Positions 9,227-19,615 of a stretch of 64,000 nucleotides of DNA are shown piece after piece. The position numbers and the translations under genes are program-made. Below the pieces are notes generated by a model. The model was not told the origin of the DNA, did no database searches, and was given only the letters and a program-made list of their open reading frames with translations. Source of the stretch: Alphaproteobacteria bacterium (GTDB lineage Bacteria > Pseudomonadota > Alphaproteobacteria > SP197); NCBI GenBank assembly GCA_964291415.2, contig OZ219917.1:256001-320000 (forward strand), written 5' to 3'. Each line of letters starts with the position of its first letter. Position 1 is the stretch's first letter.

Positions 9227-10222
9227 TTATCCGCGATCCCGCAACATTGCCTGACCGCGCGTGGTGAGCCTGTATCTCTGGTTTCGCGCCCTCGGTGATA
9301 CCGGGTTGGTCATTTCCACGTAGCCCCGCTCCAGGGCAGGCAGCAGGTACCGTCGCCGGAACGACTTGCGATCGTTCAGGCCAAGGAGATGAAGAATCTC
9401 GCGCCCCGACATCTCTCCCCGGAGAACGGAAAGCAGGCGTTGTACTTGGGGGGTTTCTTGGGGGGTTTGCTGGGGGGTCCTGAGAGCTTCGAGAATTGCC
9501 TCCAGCATGAAGACGATGAACGGGGTGCGCTCGCCCCTGGCAGAACTCTCCTGAATGGCCGTGTAGTAGTCGCCCTGGCGTGCGTGGACCATGCTCTCCA
9601 CGGGAATGTAGGCAAAGAGGGGATTCCAGCGCGTCAGGATCAACGTCTGCCAGAGGCGGCCCATGCGTCCGTTGCCATCCTCGAAGGGGTGGATGAACTC
9701 GAACTCGTAGTGGAACACCGAGCTGGCGATCAACGGATGCTCGCCCGTTCCACCCAGCCAGGAAAGCAGATTCGCCATGGCTCCGGAAACACGGTCAGCG
9801 GGTGGCGCAATGTGGTGCACGGTGCCGTCTGCGGCCACAACGGCCCCTGATCGCCGATAGCGACCGGGAACGTCGAGAAGTCCGGCCATGAGCGTCTCGT
9901 GAGCGGTGAAGAGATCGGCCTCGTTCGCCGGGTCCCACTGCGGGAACATGTCATAGGCGGCCAGCGCATTGCGCGCTTCCCGGATTTCCCGCGGTGGCGC
10001 GATGACCGGCCTTCCCTCGAGGATTGTCGCGATCTGGTCCTCGCTGAGCCTGTTGCCTTCAATCGCCAGCGATCCCCGGATCGTGCGGATGCGGTTGATG
10101 CGCCGCAGGTGCAGATTCTCGCCCTCGGCACGTGATTCCGCCCGGCCGAGCGCTTCGCCGATCCGGACGGCAAGGGTGGATATGGCCGGGGTGACTGTGT
10201 AGGGCGGTGGCGTGGGTGTCAT
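9227..10222 (-). CDS. Fic-family protein (AMPylase) with C-terminal HTH
   Basis: Canonical HPFEDGNGRMGR motif, N-terminal SLAIEGN inhibitory motif, TPQ-repeat linker, C-terminal HTH-like region. Confidence 0.92.
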   Translation of the reverse strand: MTPTPPPYTVTPAISTLAVRIGEALGRAESRAEGENLHLRRINRIRTIRGSLAIEGNRLSEDQIATILEGRPVIAPPREIREARNALAAYDMFPQWDPANEADLFTAHETLMAGLLDVPGRYRRSGAVVAADGTVHHIAPPADRVSGAMANLLSWLGGTGEHPLIASSVFHYEFEFIHPFEDGNGRMGRLWQTLILTRWNPLFAYIPVESMVHARQGDYYTAIQESSARGERTPFIVFMLEAILEALRTPQQTPQETPQVQRLLSVLRGEMSGREILHLLGLNDRKSFRRRYLLPALERGYVEMTNPVSPRARNQRYRLTTRGQAMLRDRG

Positions 10223-10730
10223 GCGCCGGGCTCTCCGGAAACCCTTTCGTTGACATCGTCCATGCAAGCGGCATTGCGGAAAAAGGTGATGCGCCCAAGG
10301 TCGATCGGCCCGGGAGCCGGCATCGCGGTCTGTTGCGAGTCATGGTTCCTGCAAGCGCCCACAAACAACGGAACCCGCCACCGCATCCTGTTCCCTCTTG
10401 TCATTTCGCAAGGAATGGCCATGGTGAGACATTGAGGGTTTTCTTGTTGAAAATCAAGATATTTTGTCTATTCGAACCATGGACATGGACTGACCAATCG
10501 CCGGAGTGTGGCACCATTTCCCCTATGGTCACCACGGATCCGGCAAGTCGCGGGGTCAGATCAGCACGACAGAATGCCTGCACCCGTTTCGGGATCTGAT
10601 GCCGGCAATCGCGTCGGCTGTGGCGGCTAGCGCTGCCGGCGCTTTTTCGTGTTCAAGATCGATTGGAGTTCGGTCGCCATCGCCGCCTCGATGGTCTTTC
10701 TTCGTGCCATTCCTTACGCTGGTCATTACC

Positions 10731-11167
10731 TCATCCCTTCGGGAGTGGATTGATCACGATCAAGTCAGGGAAACACGAGAAAACCCGGTCAACTGACCAC
10801 AGGACTCGCACTCCGTGAATAGACACTGCGCGGCCACCCGAGCATCGGGCACGAGTGCGCCCTGCAGGAGAGGCGGTCGGACGATCTGCTCAAGCGCATC
10901 CAGGTAGCCATCACCCTCAGCTAGGAACCCGCTGGAAAGGCTCGCGAAGAGCCGCCTTGCGGCATCCAGGACCACATCAATCGGCGTGGGATCCCGGAAG
11001 ATACGCGGGTTGGAGACCACCGCAAGAAACTCGTGGGCACGGGGCCAGGGAACATACCGGTTCCGGTGCAGCGACTGCTTCCGTCAGGACCTGTCGAGCA
11101 CGCTCATGGACGGGCATTTCAGGGCGATGCGCGCACACGAAGGGGCTTGTGTCGACAGAGCGATCAC
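10731..11167 (-). pseudogene. Frameshifted VapC/PIN-domain toxin
   Basis: Segments in shifting frames read MIA/VDTSPFVCAHRPEMPVHERARQ, PWPRAHEFLAVVSNPRIF...VPDARVAAQC and HGVRVLWSVDRVFSCFPDL. The GTG start overlaps the antitoxin stop. Confidence 0.8.
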
Positions 11168-11409
11168 ACGCCGCGTCCACAATAGATCTCATCGCGAGTC
11201 CGGCTCCAGGGCGCACCCCGGAATTCGTCAGTGAGGCCGTCGCCGCCGTAGCTCGGAAAGTCGAGCTGGCGGTGCGCCGTCCGTCGCCGGGCCTCGATGC
11301 TGCGCTGCAGACCTTCTTCAACCAACGCACGGAGCGTGGCGCCCTCCCTCTGGGCCACACGGCGCGCCTGCTCGATCAACGCCTCAGGAAGCTCGAAGGT
11401 GGTCTTCAT
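11164..11409 (-). CDS. VapB-like ribbon-helix-helix antitoxin (DUF2191-like)
   Basis: MKTTFELPEALIEQARRVAQREGATLRALVEEGL, directly upstream of the PIN pseudogene. Confidence 0.8.
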   Translation of the reverse strand: MKTTFELPEALIEQARRVAQREGATLRALVEEGLQRSIEARRRTAHRQLDFPSYGGDGLTDEFRGAPWSRTRDEIYCGRGV

Positions 11410-11902
11410 AGGGGTCTTCCATATCAAGGTTGGACCCTACTTCTTTTCTCTGTCCACGGCGAACCGTGGAGTCAGGTGTCGACGTGCGGTTGTCCGCGCT
11501 CGTGGATCCGGGCCGCCAGGTCGACAGGACCCGGAAGGCCACCATGCCATCCTGACTGCCAATGCGGTGACGCAGGCGGCAGCGCGTGCCTTCGGCAGAA
11601 CCGGGTCGAAGTGCGAGGGGCGATGGCGGCATCGGGAGCTTCGGCAGACGTCCTTCACCGCCTGGTTTCCCGTCGAACCCGTCCGCCGACGACCGTTCCA
11701 TGTCGTCAACTCGATGCGGTGACAGCGGGACACCTGGTGGCGTTTATCGAACACAAGGTGATCGTCAATTCCTTCGTCCGGCGCGCAGCTGCAGGCTCTG
11801 CCCATATCGCTGGCGGGCGCGGAAACGGAGGAACTCGACGAATCCTTGCGCCGGCTGATCGCTCGTCTCGGTCATCTGGGCAGGGACTGACCTGTCGCCG
11901 GG

Positions 11903-13945
11903 TCACAGCACCCGGCACAGCCTGTTGGCGTCGAGCAGGGCGGCATGGATGTCGCGCGGCGCCAGGGCATCCCCGATCCTGAAGAGGCGGAACGCGCCGT
12001 CGGCATTCGGCGTGAGCGTCTGCGGCGCGATGGCCACCAGGGCCTCGTGATCGACGTCGCCGAGGTTGACCGACCGGTCCCGCAGGTCGTCGAACACGTC
12101 CGTCACGGAACGCACCCCGGAATCGGCGATCACCACGTCGGCCGCCACGTCCTCGGTCCGGCGCGTATAGGCGTGACGTAGACGGGCGACGTAGCGATTG
12201 CCCTGGCGGCGGACGCCGACAAGCGTCCTGTCGGTGAGGATCGCGGCGCCGGCCGAAACAAGATTGCGCAGATAGATCGGCACGTTCTGCACGCCGAGCG
12301 CCCGCCCGGCATGACGGTCCGCGGTCACGAAGGTGAGGGCTTGCGCCGAACCCGCCAGGGTATCGGCAAGCGAGAGAGCGCCGTGGCCGCCCGTGACATC
12401 GGTGATGACGACGTGGCCGGCGGGCCGGTGTCCTGCCGCGAGGGCGTCCCAGACCGTCGTGACATGCTCGCCGCCGCCTTCCGCCAGATCGGTCTCCGGC
12501 ACCCCGCCCGTGGCCACGACCACGATATCGGCATCGAGACGGGCGAAGTCATCGCCTTCGACAAATGTGCCGGTGCGCACGTCGACGCCGGCATGGCCAA
12601 CCTCGCGAGCGAGCCAGTCGACGATGCCGATCATGTCGCGCCGCCATCCGGCCGCCGCGGCAAGCAGGACCTGACCTCCGGGCCGCGGGGCGGCTTCGAA
12701 GAGCGTGACGGCATGGCCGCGAAGGGCCAGAACCCGGGAGGCCTCAAGACCGGCCGGGCCACCGCCCACCACCACGGCCCGCCCGGGCACGCCGGCGCTC
12801 GCGATCCCGGCATCGAGCCAGGACTCGCGGCCCGTGGAGACGTTGTGCTGACACAGGGCGTCCCGGCCGCCGTAGATCCTGTCGAGGCAGTATCCCGCAC
12901 CGACGCAGGGGCGAATGCGCTCCGCCTCGCCGCGCGTAAGCTTGTTGACGATGTCCGGATCCGCCATGTGCGGGCGTGTCATGCCGGCCATGTCGACATG
13001 GCCTTCAGAAATGGCCCAGTCGGCAGTCGCCGGATCGGCGAGCCGTGCAGCCTGCAGCGTCACGAGGCCGCTGGCCTCGCGCACCCTGCCTGCCAGCTCG
13101 ATGTAGGGGGCAACCGGCCAGGCCATGCCGGGCATGGTTTCCGTCAGGCCCATGTCGGTCCCGCCATAGGCTCCGTTGACGTTGACGATATCGGCAACAC
13201 CGTGGCGGCCGATCATGCGCGCGATCGCGATCCCTTCCTCGGCCGTCAGCCCGTTCTCGTTGCTCTCGTCGGCACTGAACCTGACGCTGACGAGAATGTC
13301 GTCGCCCGCCGACGCGCGGCAGGCCTCGAGAACCTCAAAAAGGAAGCGCGCCCGGTTGGCAAGGTCGCCGCCATAGGCGTCCTGGCGGTCGTTGGAGAGT
13401 GGCGACAGGAACTGGCCCGCCAGGTGGGTCGACGCCAGGATCTCGACGCCATCGAGCCCGCCTTCCCGGCAACGCCGCGCCGCATCGCCAAAGTCCCGGA
13501 CAATGCGCGCGATTTCCCGCGAGGACAGGGCATAGGGAACGGAATGGTGAGCCGGGTCGCGGAACGCCGAAGGTCCCCTGGTCGGCAACCAGTCACCGGA
13601 ATCCCAGGTGGTGCGGCGGCCCATGTGGGTGATCTGGCACATCAGGCCCGCGCCATGGCGGTGAACGCGGCGCGAGAGTTCCCGGAACGCCGGAATCACC
13701 CGGTCGTCGCCGACATAGATCTGCCCATAGATGGAGCCGGAATCGCGCGAGACGTTCGACGAGCCGCCGAACATGGTAAGGCCGATGCCGCCCCTGGCCT
13801 TGGCCTCGTGATAGGCCTGGTAGCGATCCCCCGGCAGCCCATCCACCGCATACCCCGGTGCATGGGCGCTCGAGAAGACCCGGTTGCGGAAAGTGTGTCC
13901 GCGGATGGTGATGGGCGACAGCAGGTGCCGATGGGTAGTCACCAC
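11903..13945 (-). CDS. NADH:flavin oxidoreductase (old yellow enzyme family + FAD domain), StcD/N-methylproline demethylase-like
   Basis: RNRV, QITHMGRRTTWDSGDWLP, YGGDLANRARF, RPCVGAGYCLDRIY Fe-S motif, VVGGGPAGLEA. GTG start follows AAAGGGAG; the upstream ORF extension through the tRNA is spurious. Confidence 0.88.
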   Translation of the reverse strand: MVTTHRHLLSPITIRGHTFRNRVFSSAHAPGYAVDGLPGDRYQAYHEAKARGGIGLTMFGGSSNVSRDSGSIYGQIYVGDDRVIPAFRELSRRVHRHGAGLMCQITHMGRRTTWDSGDWLPTRGPSAFRDPAHHSVPYALSSREIARIVRDFGDAARRCREGGLDGVEILASTHLAGQFLSPLSNDRQDAYGGDLANRARFLFEVLEACRASAGDDILVSVRFSADESNENGLTAEEGIAIARMIGRHGVADIVNVNGAYGGTDMGLTETMPGMAWPVAPYIELAGRVREASGLVTLQAARLADPATADWAISEGHVDMAGMTRPHMADPDIVNKLTRGEAERIRPCVGAGYCLDRIYGGRDALCQHNVSTGRESWLDAGIASAGVPGRAVVVGGGPAGLEASRVLALRGHAVTLFEAAPRPGGQVLLAAAAGWRRDMIGIVDWLAREVGHAGVDVRTGTFVEGDDFARLDADIVVVATGGVPETDLAEGGGEHVTTVWDALAAGHRPAGHVVITDVTGGHGALSLADTLAGSAQALTFVTADRHAGRALGVQNVPIYLRNLVSAGAAILTDRTLVGVRRQGNRYVARLRHAYTRRTEDVAADVVIADSGVRSVTDVFDDLRDRSVNLGDVDHEALVAIAPQTLTPNADGAFRLFRIGDALAPRDIHAALLDANRLCRVL

Positions 13946-14167
13946 CAGATCTCCCTTTCTCCGGGGCCGATACCCGGGCGTGCGCATAGTGCCTGCCCGT
14001 GGTGACGGGTGCCAGACGTCATGGTGGGGACGAAGCGGTTCGGCAGGAACGATCGATGCCCGACTGCGTTCCCGGTTCGACCAGAAAGCGCGCCCTTTCC
14101 TGGTGACGTCAAGGGGCGGAGTCTTGACATTCCGGGGCATCGCACCTACATCGGCGCTTCCCGTTGG

Positions 14168-14243
<76 letters not shown>

Positions 14244-14354
14244 GAACTCCTGTCATCTCTCCGGTTCCGTGCGTTCCGTGGGACGTGGGCGCGTTGTGGT
14301 TTCTTTCCCGGAATCTGGTATCCTTGCCGCTTCAATGAAGGGAGGAAACAACTC

Positions 14355-15476
14355 ATGGAATCACGTGATCCCGTCGATCAACTTCTCTCGGGAAGGATGG
14401 ATCGACGCACTTTTCAGAACACGCTCGGTACACTCGGCATTGGCGTGGCCGCCATGCCTCTTGTCCCGAATGCTGCGGTCGCGCAGGAGGACGAAGCGAA
14501 CTTCTTCACCTGGGCCGGCTACGAACTCCCGGAGTTCCACCAGTCCTATCTGGACAAGTACGGGGCCTCTCCCAACATCACGTTCTTTGCCGGTACGACC
14601 GAAGCCAAGAACAAGATCCACGCCGGTTACAAGACCGACATCGGCCACCCCTGTTCGGGAGGCGTCACGGAGTGGTACGCCTCCGGCATCATCGTGCCTT
14701 TCGACACGGACCGCCTGAAGCACTGGCCTGACTACTTCGAGGCCCTGAGGAACATCGGGACCACCCTGACCGAAGAAGGCGAGAACCTCTTCGTTCCGTT
14801 TGACTGGGGCAATTCCTCGGTCCTCTATCGCACCGACCTCGTGGAAATGGAGGAGGAATCCTGGAGCCTGCTGTTCGACCCGCGATACAAGGGCAAGCTG
14901 GCGACCTACGATTCACCGCAGGCCGGCGTGCAGGTGGCGGCCCAGGTGCTGGGCTTCGAGAACCTGGACTCCCTGAGCGACGAACAGCTGCTGGAGGTGA
15001 GGAAACTCCTCGAACAGCAGCGCGACGTGTTGCGGTTCTACTGGGAGAGCCAGTCCGAGGCAGGTCAGGCCATGGTCGCCGGCGAGCTCGTGGCGACCTA
15101 CGCCTGGAACGATCTCTACAAGACGGTTGCCGACCAGGGGCTGCCGGTCAAGTACATGTCGCCCAAGGAAGGGGCGCGCAACTGGGTCTGCGGCTTCGTT
15201 CTCACCGCTCCCGAGAGCCGCGTGGCCAGCGACGAGCGTGTCTACGATTTCCTGGACGCCATGATGTCACCGGAATCGGGCGCCTATCTGATCGAGAACT
15301 ACCGCTATGGCGCCTCCAACATGAAGTCCTTCGATCTCGCCTCAGCGGAGGCCATTGCGGAATCCGGTCTCACCGACCCCGAGGCCTTCATAGCGAAGGG
15401 CATCCTGGCGCCCATTCCTCCCGAGTTCGACGAAAAGTACGTCAACCTGTGGGAAGAGGTGAAACTCGGCATGTAG
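14355..15476 (+). CDS. Orphan PotD/PotF-family ABC substrate-binding protein with Tat signal
   Basis: MDRRTF twin-arginine motif, FTWAGYE, VPFDWG, ESWSLLFDPRYKGK, PKEG; GGAGG RBS. Confidence 0.88.
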   Translation: MESRDPVDQLLSGRMDRRTFQNTLGTLGIGVAAMPLVPNAAVAQEDEANFFTWAGYELPEFHQSYLDKYGASPNITFFAGTTEAKNKIHAGYKTDIGHPCSGGVTEWYASGIIVPFDTDRLKHWPDYFEALRNIGTTLTEEGENLFVPFDWGNSSVLYRTDLVEMEEESWSLLFDPRYKGKLATYDSPQAGVQVAAQVLGFENLDSLSDEQLLEVRKLLEQQRDVLRFYWESQSEAGQAMVAGELVATYAWNDLYKTVADQGLPVKYMSPKEGARNWVCGFVLTAPESRVASDERVYDFLDAMMSPESGAYLIENYRYGASNMKSFDLASAEAIAESGLTDPEAFIAKGILAPIPPEFDEKYVNLWEEVKLGM

Positions 15477-15503
15477 ATGCACACGACGCATCTGACTGTT
15501 TGC

Positions 15504-15534
15504 AGGGGCCCTGGATGTTTCAGGGCCCCTTTTT
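15504..15534 (+). terminator. Rho-independent terminator
   Basis: AGGGGCCCTG-loop-CAGGGCCCCT stem followed by a T tract, between convergent genes. Confidence 0.85.
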
Positions 15535-15581
15535 CTTGAAGAGACGGTCCGGACACATGACCGTTCTCGGGTCCATGCCGA

Positions 15582-17396
15582 TCACGGGTCCCGGTTCGGG
15601 AGGTCTTCGATCTCGTTCAGCGCCGCCAGGAAAACCTCGCCGTAGCGCGCCAGCTTGCCGGCGCCCACGCCGTGGCAGGCGGCGAGCGCATCCAGGTTTC
15701 CCGGTTTGCGGGACGCCATGTCCATCAGGCTGCGGTCGTGGAAGATCACGTAGGCCGGCACGCCTTCCTCCCTGGCGATGTCCAGTCGCAGCCGCTTGAG
15801 GCGGCCGAACAGCGTCTGATCAAGCTCTCCGGGCGCCTCTGCGGCGCGGCCCCTCTGCCTTCGCCGGCCTGCCGTTTCGCCGTGCAGTGCCACGCTCTCG
15901 TCGCCTCGGAGCACGGCATGCCCGCGGCTTCCCGGCTTCAGGGCGCCGTAGCCGCCGATATCGATCTTCAGCACGTCGGCTGCCACCAGCTGGCGCAGAT
16001 AGGAGCGCCAGAGCGTCCTGTCGATGTCCGCGCCGACGCCAAAGGTCACCAACTGCTCGTGACGGTGCTGGAGCACCTTGCCCGTCGCTTCGCCCCGCAA
16101 CACGGCGATCAGGTGTTCGGCGCCGAAACGCTCGCCGGTGCGCAGGACGGCAGACAGGGCCTTCTGCGCAATCACCGTGCCATCGACCGTCTCGACCGGT
16201 TCAAGACAGCGGTCGCAGTTGCCGCACGACTCGCATGGCTCGCCGAAATAGCCGAGCAGCGCCTGACGCCGGCAGCCGGCGGTCTCGCACAGGGCCAGCA
16301 GCGCGTTGAGCCGCTGGTGATCGACCCGCTTGACCTCGTCGGGGCGGTCGGAATCGTCGATCATCAGGCGGCGGATACGGATGTCGTCCATGCCATAGAG
16401 CATGAGGGTTTCCGCCGGCTCGCCGTCACGTCCGGCCCGTCCGATTTCCTGGTAGTACGCCTCGACGGTCGACGGCAGGTTGGCGTGGACGACAAACCGG
16501 ATGTCCGGCTTGTCGATACCCATGCCGAAGGCGATGGTCGCCACCATGACGACACCGTCCTCGGTCAGGAACCGGTCCTGGTTCCTGTCCCGGTCGATCT
16601 GGTCCATGCCGGCGTGATAGGGGAGCGCCACCCTCCCCCGCGACGAGATGCGCTCCGCCGTCCGCTCCGCCTCCTTGCGCGACAGGGTGTAGACGATGCC
16701 GGCCCGACCGGCATACCGGTCCAGGAGATCGTCGATCTGCCGCGCCCCGGACCTTCGCGGCGCGATGCCGATACGCAGGTTCGGACGGTCGAAGCCGGCC
16801 ACGAAGACCCTCGCCTGTCCGCCGAACAGCCGCTCGACGATGTCCTGGCGTGTCACCGCATCCGCCGTCGCCGTGAAGGCGCTCAGCATGGCATCGGGAA
16901 AGTGTTCCGGCAGTTCCGCAAGGCGGCGATAGTCGGGCCGGAAGTCGTGGCCCCACTGGGAAATGCAATGGGCTTCGTCGATGGCAAACCGCGCCGGATG
17001 GCAGCGGGCGAGTCCTTCCAGAGTCTCCGGAACCATCAGCCGCTCCGGTGAGATGTAGAGGAGGCGCAGCAGGCCGTCACGCAGCAGGCGGTGGGTCTCC
17101 ACGGCATCGGCTCGCGGAGTCGCCGAATTGAGGGCGCCTGCCGCCACGCCATTGAGACGCAGGGCCGCGACCTGGTCGCGCATCAGGGCGATGAGCGGCG
17201 AGACGACGACGGTCAGGCTTTCGCACGCCAGTGCCGGAATCTGGTAGCACAACGACTTTCCGGCGCCGGTCGGCATCACGGCCAGCACGTTCTCGCCCGC
17301 CAGCAACGCCGCGACGATGTCCGCCTGACCCGGCCGGAAGTCGTCGTAGCCGAAAGTGCTGTTGAGGACCGCACGGGCGGCGTCGAGAGTCGTCAC
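15582..17396 (-). CDS. recQ: ATP-dependent DNA helicase RecQ
   Basis: MPTGAGKSLCYQ, DEAHCISQWGHDFRPDY, YYQEIGRAGRDG, Zn-binding cysteines of the RQC domain, HRDC domain (VPAYVIFHD). Start is approximate. Confidence 0.96.
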   Translation of the reverse strand: MTTLDAARAVLNSTFGYDDFRPGQADIVAALLAGENVLAVMPTGAGKSLCYQIPALACESLTVVVSPLIALMRDQVAALRLNGVAAGALNSATPRADAVETHRLLRDGLLRLLYISPERLMVPETLEGLARCHPARFAIDEAHCISQWGHDFRPDYRRLAELPEHFPDAMLSAFTATADAVTRQDIVERLFGGQARVFVAGFDRPNLRIGIAPRRSGARQIDDLLDRYAGRAGIVYTLSRKEAERTAERISSRGRVALPYHAGMDQIDRDRNQDRFLTEDGVVMVATIAFGMGIDKPDIRFVVHANLPSTVEAYYQEIGRAGRDGEPAETLMLYGMDDIRIRRLMIDDSDRPDEVKRVDHQRLNALLALCETAGCRRQALLGYFGEPCESCGNCDRCLEPVETVDGTVIAQKALSAVLRTGERFGAEHLIAVLRGEATGKVLQHRHEQLVTFGVGADIDRTLWRSYLRQLVAADVLKIDIGGYGALKPGSRGHAVLRGDESVALHGETAGRRRQRGRAAEAPGELDQTLFGRLKRLRLDIAREEGVPAYVIFHDRSLMDMASRKPGNLDALAACHGVGAGKLARYGEVFLAALNEIEDLPNRDP

Positions 17397-17644
17397 GTGG
17401 TTTTGCTGGAATTGAACCGGGTCACAATACCGCCTCCTCCGGCACATGAGAACGGCGGCATCCGTGACCATGCATCCCGAGGTCGGCATGGACAGTACTG
17501 CCGAGATTCGGTGGACTCATGCTCCGTCTGTCTGTGGCCGCGCCGCCGGCCCGATATCGGATTGTGCGCCGCATGTCGCTCAAGGGTCCGGCAGCGGGTC
17601 CGTCACAGCTCCCTGCAGTGGGCGGAAGTCCGGTTCGGTCCGCG

Positions 17645-18640
17645 CTACGGCAATCTCCGAGTAGCCCTCGGTTCGGCCAGCACGACATTCAACAGAATGG
17701 GCCGGTGATCGGAGCCGATGTCGGGGCCGGCTTCGATATCGAGGATGCGCAGGTCGCGGCTGACGAACGCGTGGTCGATCGGGATGCCGGCGAAACCGAG
17801 CCAGACAGGCCAGGTGGCCCGGGTGTTGAAACCGAAGAGGCGGGTTTGGGAGACGAACGCGCGCAGACCTGTCGACCAAGGAGTCGCATTGAAGTCTCCT
17901 GCCACGAGCTTCGGCGCATCGAGTTGCGCCAGGATGTTACCGGCCATCGCGAGCTGCTGGTTGCGCAGGGCGAGACGCCGCGGCGTCACTGGCGCGAAAG
18001 GATGCAGTCCGGCGACGTGAAGCGTTCCGGAAGGGGTCTCTACACCCACCGTCACCATGACCGGATCCGGCGTCGAAGGAACGCCATCGGCGAGCTCGGT
18101 GACGGCTTCACTCGAGATCGGGTAGCGGCTGTACACGACCATGCCGTACGGATGCTCGCGAGGCTCGAGGACCCGGAACGGGTAATGCGTCATGGCCTCG
18201 GCCATCCTCCCGACATGACGCGTCGTCATCTCCGTTGCCACGACGATATCGGGATCGCTGTTCTCGATCCAAGCGACGAACCTGGCGGTGTCGTCGTTGA
18301 CGACGAGGACGTTGGAGAAAGCGACGCGAAGAGTTCCACCGTCCTTCACGACGCCCCTCGCTTGCGCCTGCGCGGAGACCGTCTCCGTGCGAACGACGTC
18401 CGCGCCCAGCACGACGGCGAGCACCGCGAGGAGGCCGGCGAGGAGGCGATGTCGCGCCACAAGCGACATCGCGGTGCAGACCGCCACACCCAGCGCAATG
18501 TGCGGGCGCCAACTGGCCGCGAGTTCCCCGACAAACCCATCCAGTCCGACCATCGGCGACGCGCAGGACACACCGGCAGCCAGTGCGCCAAGTCCGATCC
18601 CAAGCACGGGCAGAGACGGCCGTTCGCGTCTGCCAGCCAT
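17645..18640 (-). CDS. Endonuclease/exonuclease/phosphatase family membrane protein
   Basis: N-terminal TM segments, VAGDFNATPWS, IDHAF, GSDHRP. Confidence 0.85.
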   Translation of the reverse strand: MAGRRERPSLPVLGIGLGALAAGVSCASPMVGLDGFVGELAASWRPHIALGVAVCTAMSLVARHRLLAGLLAVLAVVLGADVVRTETVSAQAQARGVVKDGGTLRVAFSNVLVVNDDTARFVAWIENSDPDIVVATEMTTRHVGRMAEAMTHYPFRVLEPREHPYGMVVYSRYPISSEAVTELADGVPSTPDPVMVTVGVETPSGTLHVAGLHPFAPVTPRRLALRNQQLAMAGNILAQLDAPKLVAGDFNATPWSTGLRAFVSQTRLFGFNTRATWPVWLGFAGIPIDHAFVSRDLRILDIEAGPDIGSDHRPILLNVVLAEPRATRRLP

Positions 18641-19026
18641 GCGACATTCTCCCGTCGACCTGAAGACCATGCCGCACGATTCCGGCGGAGCGATGTCAGC
18701 GCTGCACTTGCGAGACCGGAGCATTCCTTGCCGTGAAAACAACAGCGCAGAGCCACGGCGGGCCAACGGAACTGCTGCGCTGTCCTCTCGACCCGCCATG
18801 CTCCCGGCAAAAGCCCAGGAAGGTCAGAGTATCGCGGAGGTCGGGGTCGAGTCTTGCGGCGCGGCACTCCAATCCGGCTCCGCGGCATGACCAAGCACCG
18901 TCGGCGCCCCTTCTCAGTCCCCGCTCGATTGCCGTGGATGGCGCTTGCGCTACTTACGCGAGTCCTTTCATGCGGCGTCGACCGCTCCCGAGATGCAGGA
19001 TCGGACCAGCGGTGCCGGGGGAATCG

Positions 19027-19410
19027 TCAGGTGCTGTCGTCGCTGTAGTCGTTGGCCGTCAGCACGACGTAGACCTTGCGCAACGGAGCCTTGACGTTCC
19101 AGGTGCAGGCACAGCCACGCGGCATGACGAAACTGTCCCCGGCCCTGTATGCGGCAACACTGCCGTCATCGTGCGTGACCTCCAGATCTCCTTCGAGAAT
19201 ATGGACGAACTCATCATAGGGCGAAGCCTCGAAGACATGCTCATTGACGTCGCACTCCCAGTAGCCGGCATCGAGCTGACCGGTCTGGTCGGCATAGAAG
19301 CTGCGTCCGCGTTCGTTGGGTTCGCCGGACTTCAGGGCTTCGGGAGCAATGTAGTCCGTGGGTTCGAGGCCGCTCACGTCGCGACCGGGGATTCTGACTG
19401 TGGTGCTCAT
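19027..19410 (-). CDS. Cupin domain protein (DUF861/EutQ-like)
   Basis: AGYWEC, DEFVHILEG, AGDSFVMPRG, LRKVYV. Confidence 0.85.
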   Translation of the reverse strand: MSTTVRIPGRDVSGLEPTDYIAPEALKSGEPNERGRSFYADQTGQLDAGYWECDVNEHVFEASPYDEFVHILEGDLEVTHDDGSVAAYRAGDSFVMPRGCACTWNVKAPLRKVYVVLTANDYSDDST

Positions 19411-19615
19411 GATACGCTCTCCGGACTCGTCCAGGTTCACCACCGACCATAGAGAACTGGATCCGGTGGCGCACCTTCAATCCGGATCCGGCGGATTCCC
19501 GGGCTGGGACGCGTGCCGGTGTGCCGCAAAGGGACAGATCAGGCGCAACCCCGGGCATGGTGACGACGCATCGCATTGCGCCTATGGTGACCGCGGTGTC
19601 CAGTGGCTCCGCGGC

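Noticed and set aside
9445-9480. Short 12-bp-period repeat (TPQQ-TPQE-TPQV)
   Set aside because: This is a common low-complexity linker in Fic-HTH proteins, not a CRISPR array or contingency locus.
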